Shown: positions 1 through 12,355 of the stretch, piece after piece
Layout: each line of letters opens with the position of its first letter
How positions within the stretch are numbered: the stretch's first letter is position 1
The notes under the pieces: model-generated
Database searches by the model: none
What the model saw: the letters and a program-made list of their open reading frames with translations, nothing else
What the model was told of the DNA's origin: nothing
Made by a program: the position numbers and the translations under genes
Source: Leucoraja erinacea
Lineage: Eukaryota
Direction: 5' to 3'
Length of the DNA stretch: 64,000 bases
NCBI RefSeq assembly: GCF_028641065.1
Contig: NC_073390.1
Span: 28,458,001 to 28,522,000 of the forward strand

Positions 1-630
1 CCAAGTGGAATATGAGTTTGCATGTGACTTTCATCTGACAATGGAGGAGGCCAAGGACAGGAAGATCAATATGGAAACACATATTCTCCAGCATTTCCAC
101 CATGTTCAACATGATCCCACCACAGCCACATCTTCCCATCCCTCCCTTTCCTTTCTCCCCCCCCCACCCCAACTCTTTGGTTCACCTATCCTTTTCTACC
201 CAAACCACCACCTCCCCAGGCACTTTCCCCAGCAACTGCAGGAGATGTAACTGGTCCCAACACCTCTCACTTCCATCGAGGGCAGCCAGCAGAGACATAG
301 GTTCACATGCACCTCATCAACCTTGTTTACTGTATTTGGTGGTCACAATGTGGCTTCTTTATATCAGCAAGACTAAGCATAGACTATGTGACCATTTTGC
401 TGAACACTTGCACTCTGTCCTCCAAGGTCTGCTGGATCTCACGCTTGCTAACCATTTTAACTCCACTTTCCATACCGACTTTTCAGAGCATAGCCTCTTG
501 CATCTCCCCACCCCCAACTCTCTTTCCAGCTTTTTTGCCAGCACTCCATCAGTCTGAAGAGTCCTGACCCAAATCGTTACCTCCACAAATGCTGCCTAAC
601 CTGAATTCCACCAGCACTTTATGTTTTCCT
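1..630 (+). mobile_element. Degraded Penelope-like element 3' fragment, with a short inverted piece at 1-70
   Basis: Homologous to 5500-6400; GIY-YIG-region remnants (NLVYCIW, LYISKTKHRLCDHFAEH) and a decayed terminal repeat. Confidence 0.75.
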
Positions 631-916
631 CAAACTTGGAACCGATTTTGTCTGTATCAATAAGTGTACTTTTTTTTCCTATTGTAAGATATTAGTACCT
701 GTAACTGAGAAGTTTCCGATAGAATCATTTTGTCTACTAATTGATTGGAAGTAGGGCGGACATTTTCCCAGTAAAAGCCAACAAGCAGAGAGACAAATTA
801 ATGACATACTTGATGAACCTATTGTAACAATAGTCAGAGATTTGTTTTTAAACATGTGCCTGTTCCAAATGGGATATATAAAAAAGGTGGTCCCAAGGGT
901 GTGCTCATTACTGTAC

Positions 917-1101
917 CTGAAATTTGTATTCCAATTCTTCACATTTTTCAAAGAGAACATTGGGTGAAGTTTGAAGGATTTCTGTAACCTGCTGTCCTGT
1001 GAAAATGCATTTATCTTTGAAGAAACGCACAGTGTTGTTCACCTGCTTTGCAGAGAGATTCAGAATGTGTGGGCAATGCACCACAGTACGTTGCAGACGG
1101 C
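917..1101 (-). CDS. MTERF4: MTERF4 coding exon 3 (gene continues left of window)
   Basis: Acceptor tcctttttgcag and donor CAG|gtacag; 185 nt, phase 1 to 0. Encodes (G)RLQRTVVHCPHILNLSAKQVNNTVRFFKDKCIFTGQQVTEILQTSPNVLFEKCEELEYKFQ, matching the recalled vertebrate MTERF4 segment ...KEKCLFTVQQVTKIL...LEYKFQ. Confidence 0.93.
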
Positions 1102-1196
1102 CTGCAAAAAGGATACACAGTCAACATCCAGCTGAGAAACCACAGTGTTCAGATACAGATAAGCCTGGAATTTCCTGCTGGCTGTGAACCACCCAT

Positions 1197-1483
1197 GTTC
1201 AGTTGAGTTTAGTTTGGAGATGCAGCATAGAAACAGGCCCTTCCACTCACCAAGCCCACACTGACACCTTTCAGACCAGTTCCATGTTATCCCACTTTTG
1301 TATAAGGGGCAATTTGCAGAGACCAATTAGTCTTTGAGATGTGGGGGGGGGAAACCAGAGCACCCAGAGGAAACCCACATGATCACAGGGAGAATTAACA
1401 AACTGCGCAGACAGGATCTGAGGTCAGGATCGAACCTGGGTCTCCGCAGCTGTGAGGCAGCAGCTCTACCAATTGAGCTGCCC
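1197..1483 (-). mobile_element. V-SINE (HE1-type)
   Basis: Reverse-complement match to 15011-15316, with B-box GGTTCGATCC, V-core and tail. Confidence 0.75.
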
Positions 1484-2761
1484 TAACACATTCTGATGAC
1501 ACATTCCACTCCTGCGCTTCTGAAATGTCTTCCTTTTTCCTCAGCCATGGATTTCCCCCTATTGTAGTTGACAATGGTCTCCAAATGTGTCTGTATAAAC
1601 CCCCCACATTTTGTGTTCCCTTGTTCCACTCCTTCCATCCTGCCCACCTCCATATTCAATGGATATTTCCTTTGTAATTTCCCTTTGTGTGTACCAGATC
1701 TCGCCAGTTCTGAAGTAAGGCCATTAACTTGTAACATTGTCAGTTTTTGTCTCTCTATAACACTCCCTGGTTTGCTGGGTATATGCAGCATTCTCCTTTA
1801 TTTCAGCATTCTATATCTCACAGTTCTAACACTACTTTCCGTTTCTCTCCCCCCCCCCCCTTCTACTTAAACTTTCCACCAATCTGTAATTAACCCCTTT
1901 CACCACCCTCTTTCATCTGGCAGCAATAACATCATGGTTTCTCTGAGTCACCGACCTATCACATACTCCACTTGTTCTCTCCACATGTGCCCCTTCTCTG
2001 CAACCTAAAACATGCCTGTTTTCTAACTGCCTGGTTTTGATGAAAGGTTGTCCAACTGAAACATTAAATAGTAACTGTTTGACACACGTAGCTGGTCAGG
2101 CAGCATCTGTAGAGAGAAAACTAAGGAAACATTCCAGTTCAAGCCTCATGTGAACTTATGCACCACTTTTGCAGGACCTCGCCATAATTATTCGTATTGG
2201 AAGTCACCACAAGGAACCACCCCGGCATCCTTTAATGATTCATCCGAGGCAGCAAATATCTCACAAAGTCTGCCCTCTCCTTTTCACAGATTCCACTGAA
2301 GCCAATTCCCAGCGGCAACAATTCACTTTCATTTAAATAATAAGGATGTTTTAACTTTATCAGTCTTTACCTACATTTCTTTCCTTATTTTGCAAGTGGA
2401 ATTAAAGGAAATAAAAGAAAACTGAATTATGGAAGATTCTATGAATATGAGGATTCTATGAATTCCAAATTAGCACCATTTGGTGCTAATTACTAAAATA
2501 CTTCTTGTATTTTCTTCAAAAAGTTTGAATTTGTTGGAAGAGAACAGGGATCTGATTTACAGGTGCACTAATAGCTAAATGTAGAGATAACGGTTAATAA
2601 GATTTAAAAAAACAAAACAATGATTAATTTGTAAAGAAAGAAATGCATAAAGTGTGTAAAACCTGAACAGAATACTGATAAGAGCAGGCTAGGAGTTGAT
2701 GTGAACCATTCTAGTCTCCATATATAAAGATTCTGATGATATTGAAACATATACCATCAGG

Positions 2762-3237
2762 AAACTGATTCCTGGGATGTCAGGACTTTCTTATGAAGAA
2801 AGACTGGATAGACTCGGATTGTACTCGCTAGAATTTAGGAGATTGAGGGGGGATCTTATAGAAACTTACAAAATTCTTAAGGGATTGGACAGGCTAGATG
2901 CAGGAAGATTGTTCCCGATGTTGGGGAAGTCCAGGACATGGGGTCACAGCTTAAGGATAGAGGGGAAATCCTTTAGAACCGAGATGAGAAAAACATTTTT
3001 CACGCAGAGTGGTGAATCTCTGGAACTCTCTGCCACAGAAGGTAGTTGAGGCCAGTTCATTGGCTATATTTAAAAGGGAGTTAGATGTGGCCCTTGTGGC
3101 TAGAGGGATCAGGGGGTATGGAGAGAAGGCAGGTACGGGATACCGAGTTGGATGATCAGCCATGATCATATTGAATGACGGTGCAGGCTCGAAGGGCTGA
3201 ATAGCCTACTCCTGCACCTATTTTCTATGTTTCTATG
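2762..3237 (+). mobile_element. CR1/HER1 LINE 3' end (young)
   Basis: Encodes the CR1 ORF2 C-terminus LSYEERLDRLGLYSLEFRRLRGDLIETYKILKG and ends in a (TTTCTATG)2 tail. Confidence 0.92.
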
Positions 3238-4196
3238 AAAGGCTGAAGACTGGTACTCTGTTCTCTAAGAAATTGAAGACTAATGTTAAAGATTGTTCAA
3301 AGGCTTTTCCCCACTTAATCATTAACATTTTTGAAGAGACAGGAACCTGATAATTGTTCTTGTAAATATATTTTGCACTCTCCAGTACTTGTACATCCTT
3401 TCTACATAGGGACTGAAACTGTTTATGCCCTACCCAGCCTCATGTCACCAATGTTCCATCAACATACATCCACCATCAACATAAATCCATTATGAAATGC
3501 AGAAGAAGCTTTAACTCGGGAGCAACTGGAATTCAGGACAATTAATAGCATTTGAAATGTAAAGGGAGGAAATAAAAGGATGAGTGCCCTCGCATAGGGT
3601 GTAAGAAGACTAGACACCAAGCACATCTGGATGGTTTGTTTGCTTTGTAGTAAATGCTACAGCAACAACAAATTCCATTTATATAGCACGTTTAATGTTG
3701 CAAATTGACATGGCACAGTGCAGAACCCTTTTCAAATAAGTTAAAGTTAATGCTGAGCCATATTTTGGGATCAACTACCAGTGTTCAGTCATCTGAACTG
3801 AATTAATTCCACACTTAAGCCAAGAGCCCTGGACTTCAATAGACAGATGACACCATATCCGTCACTGAACTCCATACGAGGCCTTGCTGGGACACTCCAG
3901 CATCATGCGCAGGAAGTGGCCTCTTAGGCAAAGGATCCGTGATGCCACTGATTTTAATAGGGCTGGTGAGTTTTTCAAAATTATATTAGCTTAATGTTCT
4001 TATTTAAAAATGAATAAACGATAAAATTATTGGAAAATTGATTGCTTCCATGTTACTGGGCGTTATAGATGCCTTGAGAAAAGATGCAAACAGCAACTTC
4101 TGCTGGAGACAGGTAATCTGTACCACTGATCCAGGTCAGTAGGAGCACCAATTACAGCAGATCCCATCTGGTCCACCAACCACTACTGAAAATTAC

Positions 4197-4722
4197 CTTC
4201 GCCCAGTCCATGCTTCCGCAGGTTGTCAATGCGTGACTGCAGCTGGTGTTCTTTCTCTCCGAGCAGTTCAGGGCACCTCTCCAACACTTTGAAGGTGCTC
4301 CTTGGGTTAAGGCCAAGGCTCTCAAGGACGTAGAGCACAGGGAGATCCTTCACTGGAATCTGTGCAGCAATTCTGGGATTCAAATCGAGCAGTTGCTTCA
4401 CTTGATCCTGGGTGAATCTCAGATTCAGAAAAGATTCAACCGTATTTGCCAATCCAGAGGCATCTGCATCCAATTTTCCTAAATGTTTGCCTGCAGTATA
4501 TACATTGCTCTCCTTGGAAAAAGAGAAGTGAGCTTTGGTTTTTGGGATCAGATAGGAGTCCAGTGAAATTTTCCAGAAACGATCGAGAATCCTGGCTGAT
4601 GAGATCCCAGCTGGAATAGTTTTGTGAGTCCCTGCGAGCACAGCACGTCTCCCTTGTGTTGGGAGCTGCCAATAGCCAGCAGCTGGCTGGATCCTGTGGG
4701 AGAGCCCACGGCAGCACAGTGC
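4197..4722 (-). CDS. MTERF4: MTERF4 coding exon 2
   Basis: Acceptor ccttttctag and donor GAAG|gtaatt; 526 nt in frame with ORF 4183..4641. Ends LGLNPRSTFKVLERCPELL...LRKHGLGEG, as in MTERF4 LGLNP...LQKLGLGEG. Confidence 0.92.
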
Positions 4723-4819
4723 CTAGAAAAGGACAAGAGTGTGTCAGGAATTATGGTAAATGTATCTGGTCTATGGATTTTAACAGGATCTATGTGAGGA
4801 CTTTTACTGACACTGTGCC

Positions 4820-6403
4820 CTACCCGTACCCTACTCAGCAGAGCTGGTCCTTCCCCTTAATCTACCAACACTCTCCTCCGCCTAGAAGAGCTGGTCCTTA
4901 CTCTAACAACTTCTCCTTCGACTCATCTCTCTTCCTCCAAATCCAAGGCATAGCTATGGGCAGTTGTATGGGCCCCATCTATGCCTGGCTCTTTTAGGGT
5001 ACGTCAAACAATCACTGTTCCAGACATACACTGGCCCTATCCCTGAACTCTACCTCCGTTACATTGATGACTGCATCGGTGCTACCTCTTGCACCTACAC
5101 AGAACTCACTGACTTCATTAACCTTACTACAAATTTCCATCCTGCACTCAAATTCATTGGACAATTTCCCTACCGTTTCTTGATCTCTGTCGCAGGAGAC
5201 AGACTATCAACTGACGTCTATTATAAACCCATTGACTCCCACAGCTATCTAGACTACACTTCTTCCCACCCTGCTTCCTGTAAAGACTCTGTCCCCTACT
5301 GCCAATTCCTCCATCTACTCCACATCTGTGCCCAAGATGAGGTGTTCCATACCAGGACATCGGAGATGTCCTCATTCTTTAGGGAATGGTGGTTCCCCTC
5401 TTCCATCCCAGATGAGGCCCTCAATAGGGTCTCCTCAATATCCCACAGCCCTGCTCTTGCTCCCCCCAGTCGCAACAGGGACAGAGACCCTAGTCCTCAC
5501 CTTCCACCCCATCAGCCATTGCATACAGCACATAACCCTTCGACATTTTCATCACCTGCTACGGGATCCCACCACTAACCACATCTTCCCATCTCCACCC
5601 CTTTCCACTGAGACCGTTCCCTCCGCAACTCCCTGGTCAACTCATCCCTTCCCACCCAAACCATCCCCTCCTCAGGTACTTTCCCCTGCCACCGCAGGAG
5701 ATGAAACACCTGTTCCTGTTCCTATACCCCCCCCCCCCCCCCCCCCCCCGACTCCATCCAACGACCCAAGACAGTCTGGTGACGCAGTGGTTCACTTGCA
5801 CCTCCTCCAACCTCATCTACTGTATCCACTGTTCCAGGTGTGGATTCCTGTATACCAGCGAGACCAAGCGCAGTCTCAGCAATCATTTCTCGGAACACCA
5901 CAGTTCAGTCCGCCTGAAACTACCTGATGTCCCGGTTGCTGAACACTTTAATTCCCCCTCCTATTCCCACACAGACCTTTATGTCCTGGGCCTCCTCCAT
6001 TGTCAGAGTGAGGCCCAGCGCAAATTGGAGGAACAGCACCTCATATATCGCTTGGGTAATTGACACCCCAGTGGTAAGAACATTGACTTCTCTAACTTCA
6101 AGTAATCCTTGCTTTCCCTCCCTCTCCATTCCTCCCCCTTCCCAGTTCTCTGACCAGTCTTACAATCTCGGACTACATTTTATCTCTGTTGTTACCTTCT
6201 CCCAGCTAACAATGATCTATTCTTCATTTTCCTTGATATCCATTCCCTTTGCCTTGTTTTCACACCTTCACGTCCTTATCTATCAATCTCCCTTCCCCCT
6301 GACGTCAGTCTGAAGAAGGGTCTCGACCTGAAACGTCACCCATTCCTTCTCTCCAGAGATGCTGCCTGTCCCGCTGAGTTACTCCAGCTTTTTGTGTCTA
6401 TCT
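4820..6403 (+). mobile_element. 5'-truncated, frameshifted Penelope-like retroelement (RT, GIY-YIG endonuclease, terminal repeat)
   Basis: RT motifs QIQGIAMGS and YLRYIDD; thumb region TDVYYKP; endonuclease region CTSSNLIYCIHCSRCGFLY..ETKR; hammerhead-like core at 6310-6338. Confidence 0.92.
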
Positions 6404-7192
6404 GCAAGTCTTGGGAGTTCAGTATCGGGCCTAACACTTCACCTGTCTGTTGCCAACGTTTCAGAATGGTGCACATGGAGTCCATGTAGGGTCCATTTGA
6501 TGTAAGGACCACAGTGTAGATATTGCTTATGAATTGTGCTGTGTATCGGGCGAGTAATACTATTGGCCACCCAATATGCCGTATATACTGTCAATGTTGG
6601 CAAACAGCTCTTGTCACAATTACATGCACTGTTCCCATTCTATTATTTTCCTTCATTCACATTCTAATCCAATCTTTACTGCAGAGATCTTCGTGCCCCG
6701 GTGCTAACTGAAAATTCCACAGCTTTATTGCTGCCTGAATACATCTCATTTGCCCCTGCGTTTGCTTAGCAACATTGGTAAACCATTGCATTGACTGAAC
6801 CCTTTCCATGGCCTCACTCCTCACCATCGCCAAAACCATCAGTTCTCTTCTCTCATAGACAGACGCAAAGTGGTGGAGTAACTCGGCGGGTCAAGCAGCA
6901 TTTCTGGAGTAAATGGATCGGTATGTTTTGGGTCGAGATCCTTCTTCAGACCCTCAGGCAATGTGTTTTTCATTCCATCCATCCTCTGAATGAAAATAAA
7001 TTCTTCCTCAGATCCACTTCACCTGTGCCTTCTGATTACAGACACCTCTGCGTCCCTCTAAAATACTGAACTTAATTCTCCTATTATAACATAAAATGTT
7101 TTACCCCCTCACAAACACTGAGAACCACCTGCACCTTTGAATCTAATTTTTCTTGTTATGGACAAGCTGCCGCCGCCCCCTCCTCCACTCAC

Positions 7193-7225
7193 CTGCCGCG
7201 CCACCGGCTGCATCCTCAGGCTCAT
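7193..7225 (-). CDS. MTERF4: MTERF4 coding exon 1 (MSLRMQPVARQ; the ATG at 7213 is an alternative start)
   Basis: Lies in a CpG-rich patch. The strong donor CAG|gtgagt is phase 0 and joins exon 2 in frame. The short first exon ending in RQ parallels the recalled human N-terminus MAAFGRQ. Confidence 0.8.
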
Positions 7226-7470
7226 GTCCGCATCCCGGGGCGGTGTGTCTCCGACTCCAGCTCCTCGACACCCGTGTCCGTGGCTGAACGTTCCGCCGCC
7301 GTAGCCGCCCCACCTCGCTCATGGGCATAGCCGACATTTGCACTCGCTCTAACTTTGTCTGTTCACCAACTCGCCGTCTTTAAACTGAAATCCATCTCGG
7401 AAAGACTGCAGTCCCTTGGGAAACACAAGTGACTTCACGGTCAGAGCGCGGATGTTTTATCCTTTTCTCC
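7226..7470 (-). promoter_or_regulatory. MTERF4 CpG-rich 5' UTR / proximal promoter
   Basis: Local CpG enrichment immediately upstream of exon 1. The TSS cannot be determined from sequence. Confidence 0.55.
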
Positions 7471-7729
7471 CAACAGAAAATGACACGAGACTGCAGATGC
7501 TGGAACCCTGAGTGAAACACCTGTCATAACTCTTCCCTCAACCCCATCCATGGGCTTCGACAATCCCTCCAGGTGTGACAGATGTTCACATGTACATCCT
7601 CGAACCTGATCTACAGCATCTAGTGTTCCTGATGTGGGCTCCTGTACATCGGCGAGACTAGGCTGAACTTTAGCTTGATCCACCAAGGCCTCTAGGACCT
7701 CCCGGTCACCAACCATTTTAACTCCCCTA

Positions 7730-8941
7730 CAGGGTGGTTGCACGAAAGGTCACTGGGTCATAGGGCTCGACGCACGGAGCCGCTAAATCCAACTGGAAGA
7801 CATCCGTCACTTCCGGTATATGTTATTAATGCTAGAAACGCGTACTTTCCTACCTGTTAAAAACCGCCAAAATGTTGAATTTTTGCGCTGAAAAAAATTG
7901 TGGGAGTCGGGGTAAGTGTGAGAGACATGTACCCAACTTTAGAATTCCAAACGTGAAGCGAAATGAAGGTATAGAGAAGCGAGAACTGAAGGGACTACAG
8001 CAGCTAAAGTGCTTGGTAAACATTGAAAATATTGGGAATTATCGCGTTTGCTCACTGCATTTCATCAAGTAAGGCATTATTTGTGTTTTTTCTTGATTCC
8101 TTTGGTATCTAAAAAGTCTCAGAAGTGATAAATCTGGCTGTAAATTTTTCTTCAGATGCGTTTTCATTTTGTATGTAAAAACCCACGAGAACCATGGGCG
8201 ATTTAAAAAAATTTACAGCCAGATTTATCACTTCTGAAACTTTTTAGATGCCAAAGGAATCAAGAAAAAACACAAATAATGCCTTAGTTGATGAAATGCA
8301 GTGAGCAAACGGCCAATGTTCGCCAATCACTCTGGCTGTTGTTGTCCCTTCAGCTCTTGTTTCTATCTACCGTCATTTCTCCTCACTTTTGGAATTCTGA
8401 AGTAGGCTAAATGTCTCTCACGCTTATCCCGATTTCCATAATTATTTACAGCGCAAAAATTGACCATTCGGCCCTTCGAGCCTGCACCGCCATTTAATAT
8501 GATCATGGCTGATCATCCAACTCAGTATCCCGTACCTGCCTTTTCTCCATACCCTCTGATCCCCTTGGCCACAAGGGCCACATCTAACTCCCTCTTAAAT
8601 ATAGCCAATGAACTGGCCTCAACTACCCTCTGTGGCAGAGAGTTCCAGAGATTCACCACTCTCTGTGTGAAAAAAGTTCTCCTCATCTCAGTTTTAAAGG
8701 ATTTCCCCCTTATCCTTGCTGTGACCCCTTGTCCTGGACTTCCCCAACATCGGAAACGCTTATCCCGATTTCCAATTATTTACAGCGCAAAAATTGACAA
8801 TTTCAGCGGGTTTTAACGGGCCCGCTACGCTGGAAACAATGGTAAGTGCCTACCTGCAGTTCATCGCGTGTAATCCATTTGGAGTAGCGTAGCAACAGTA
8901 CGGGTCATGAGTCGTGACCCGACTGCCATGAAACCTCCCTA
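7730..8941. mobile_element. Foldback/palindromic non-autonomous DNA element inserted in a Penelope remnant
   Basis: Imperfect terminal IRs (CAGGGTGGTTGCACG vs reverse-complement TAGGGAGGTTTCATG) and a long internal inverted repeat. The flanks 7470-7729 and 8942-9420 are consecutive parts of one Penelope 3' end. Confidence 0.75.
8465..8756 (-). mobile_element. CR1 3' fragment nested in the foldback element
   Basis: High similarity to the reverse complement of about 2910-3205. Confidence 0.9.
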
Positions 8942-10979
8942 TACTGACATGTCTCGCCTGGGCATCCTTCATTGTCATTGTGAAGCCACTCGCAAATTGG
9001 TGGAACAGCATCTCATATTTCATTTGGGTACCTTACACTCCAATACAATTCTCCAATTTCAAATACATTCCACTATCTTTCCTCTCCATTCTCTCCCCCT
9101 TGCCCACTTCATCCACCCTTGTTGTTTAACCAGTTTCACAGTTCACCAAATTGAATCCCTCGAGATCACAGCTTCCCTAGTCAACAATGGGTTGACCAGG
9201 GCACCACTCTGCACGAGGGTCATTTATTGCTGGCCATGATTGGTACTTGTCTTTTCTCGCCACCAGCTCTTCATCACCCGCCCCATCCTCCACTCTCAGT
9301 CTGAAGGGTCCCAACTAAAGACATCAAATCATTTTTCTCCAGAGATGCTGTCTGACCCGCAGAGTTCTCCAGCACATTGTTTCTAATATAAGTATAAACC
9401 AGCATCTACAGTTCTGTTTCTGCTACAGTAACACTGCGGGTCAGAGGGGGTCTGTTTGCACTTGACAAAGGGAGTTCAGTGAAGATTCACCAGACGGGTA
9501 CCTGGCTTTGCCATCACCGTCATAAGTGTAGGAAGGAACTGCAGATACCAGTTTACAATATAATAGATTCTGGAGACAAGTCTCCAGAGATGCTACGTGT
9601 CCCACTGAATTACACATTTTGTGTCTACCTTCTGCTTTAATAAATTTTGGTTTTTATTTTTTTTTAAATTTAAAGCTTCTGATGCACATTTATTTCCTGC
9701 CAAAACACCCAGGAATTATGACACTTCCTCTGCCGCTGAGGACAGGATTCTGTCTGACAGCTGATTGTAAATGTTGTTGTCTCTGGAACAGACAAGTTTG
9801 AGGAGGGATAATTGAGCCGAGCCGAGATGGAATAGGCAAGACTATTTTCCTTTAGCAGAGGGGCACAAAATTTAAAGTAACCTGTAGAAGGATTAGAAAA
9901 AAGAGTGGGGAAAGTGGCGTGTGTGGTACGGTGGAAAGCTTTTTTGTTGTGTGCTATCCAGTCAGCAAAGATTATACATTATTACAAATGTGTAGGAAGG
10001 AACTAACTGCAGATGCTAATTTACACCGAAGATAGACACAAAATGCTGGAGTAACTCAGCAGGACAAGCAGCATCGCTGGATAGAAGGAATGGGTGATGT
10101 TTCAGGTCGAGACCCTTCTTCAGACTTCTATCCAGAGATGCTGCCTGTCCCGCTGAGTCATTCCAGCATTTTGTGTCTAGGTTAGACAACATTTCTGGAG
10201 GACATGGATAGGTCACCTTTTAGTTTTTTGGATCCCCAAGCTAAAAAAAGTGACATTTCAGGTCGAGACCTTTCTTCTGAGTCATTGTCTGGGGGAGGAA
10301 GGAGAGGGGAGAAGCGAGAAAGCTGGAAAAGATGTCATATTCATATCATATTCTGCAACAGTACTTCAGCACCAGCAAGTCTTTCAGAATGTGCAAAGTA
10401 CTTGAGATGTCGTGAAAGTGCTATTTAAATCCAAGTCTTCTTGGCAGGAATTAGTTGCATTTTAATCCCAGTAAAAGTAAACTACTGGGATATTAGTTTC
10501 TTCATTGTGGGATCGAGAAGGCTTCAGATCTGCAGATTTGCTGGTCCCAGCTGACTTGCATTAAATGAAGAGCCAGACTTTTCATTCAAACTTCCAGCTG
10601 CAGAACGGCAAATGAGCAAAGCTCGCTGCTTCCAATTTCTGTCACATGTTTCCCATTGGAAAGCAGGTGTAATATGACCGCAGGACAGAACCTGGTTGCA
10701 GTCATTTAATTGGAGTGTTGCCCATGAGAATAAACAAAAGCGGTTTCGATCAGACTAATTGAAATAGTAAGTTCTATTCCTACAGTTTGGTAGTGTGAAA
10801 GTACAGAACAAATAGGCCAAGATCAGCTCACCCCAGAAAGCAAGCAGGATTCAAGCACATGCTCTCCTTCCCGGAAAGAGGTCAGTATGTGGCCCTAACA
10901 ACATAATTATAATGTAGAGGGAGTCGTGAGGTCTACTTATCTGAGCATTCGTCCGGAAGAATCTTACAAATGGTGTTTT

Positions 10980-11648
10980 ATTTGGGGAACTTAAACCAGA
11001 GCAGGACTTGCACATAAAATGGTAGAGCCTTGGAGTGCTATAGAACAGAAAGACCTAGTACAAGTACATCGTTCCCTGAAAGTGGTAGCACGTAGACAAA
11101 GTGGTGAAAGAGGCATTTGTCATACTTACCTTCTTTGGTCAGGACATTAAGACCACACTTGGAGTATTCTGTACTGTTCTGGAAGGATGTCATTAAGCTG
11201 GAATGGGAGCAGAATATTTTCAAGAACAAGTTAATAGCACTGAGGGCTTGATTTACAGAGACATGCGATAGGTTGAGATTATTTTTCCTGGAGATAAGGG
11301 GTTGAGGGGTGACCTTATAGAAGGTATATAACATCATGAGGGGCATAGATAAAGTGAATGGTCAGTTGTTTCCCCCAGGGTAACCGAGTTCAAAATAGAG
11401 GGCATAGATTTAAAGTGAGGTGAAAGATTTTAAAAGGGATCCGAAAGACAACTTTTCTCACACAAGGAGGTGGGAATGTGGAACGAACTGCCAGATGAAC
11501 TGGTAGAGCCAGGTACAATGAATGTTTAAAATACATTTGGACAGATATGTAATGGGTTAGAGGGATATGGGGCAAAGGGACCAGCTCAGGTAAACATCTT
11601 GGTTGGCTGAGTTGACTTGGGCCTGTTTCGATGCTGTACGACTCCATG
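10980..11648 (+). mobile_element. Older degraded CR1 LINE 3' portion
   Basis: Decayed ORF2 C-terminal motifs (aggggtgaccttatagaa...) and a CR1-type tail. Confidence 0.7.
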
Positions 11649-11691
11649 AAAGAAAATGGGGAGAGAGAAAAAGATCACCTTTACTCATGTT

Positions 11692-12355
11692 TAAGATAGA
11701 ATTGCAGATGCTGGAAAAATTGAAGGTAGACAAAAATGCTGGAGAAACTCAGCAGGTGAGGTAGCATCTATGGAGAGAAGGAATAGGTGAAGTTTCGGGT
11801 TGAGACCCTTCTTCTGATTGATGTGGGGGTGGGGGCGGGAAGAAGAAAGGAAGAGGAAAATGCAGTAGGCTGTGGGAGAGCCGGGAAGGGGAGGGAAAGG
11901 AGGGAGAAAGCAAAGACTATTGGAAATTGGAGGTCAATGTTCATACCACTGGGGTGTAAACTACCCAAGCGAAATATGAGGTGCTGCTCCTCCAATTTGC
12001 GGTGGGACTCACTATGGCCATGGAGGAGACCCAGGTCAGAAAGGTCGGATTCAGAATGGGAGGGGGAGTTGCAGTGCTGAGCCACCGGGAGATAAGGTTG
12101 GTTAATGCGAACTGAGCGGAGGTGTTGGGCGAAGCGAACGCCAAGCCTGCGCTTGGTCTCACCGATGTAGAGCATATACACATTAGCAATCTCACGTGAC
12201 AAGGTCAAACATTAGAGAGCATCCATCTGTAGAAGGGTCTCGACCCGAATCATCACCGTTTCCTTCTCTCCAGAGATGCTGCCTTTCTCTGAGTTACTCC
12301 AGCTTTTTGTGTCTATCCTCGGTTTAAACCAGCATCTGCAGTTCCTTCTTACACA
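11692..12355 (-). mobile_element. Penelope-like 3' fragment with an inverted terminal repeat at 12228-12355
   Basis: Encodes the GIY-YIG region LYIGETKRRLGVRFAQH...RKLEEQHLIFRLGSL; terminal repeats are present in both orientations. Confidence 0.88.

Noticed and set aside
3845-3950. Possible intronic snoRNA or short exon in MTERF4 intron 2
   Set aside because: No convincing C/D or H/ACA box arrangement on the transcribed strand, and the short ORF has no homology.
4964-6313. ORFs of about 200 aa as host genes or an active retroelement
   Set aside because: They are frameshifted, 5'-truncated Penelope RT/endonuclease fragments.
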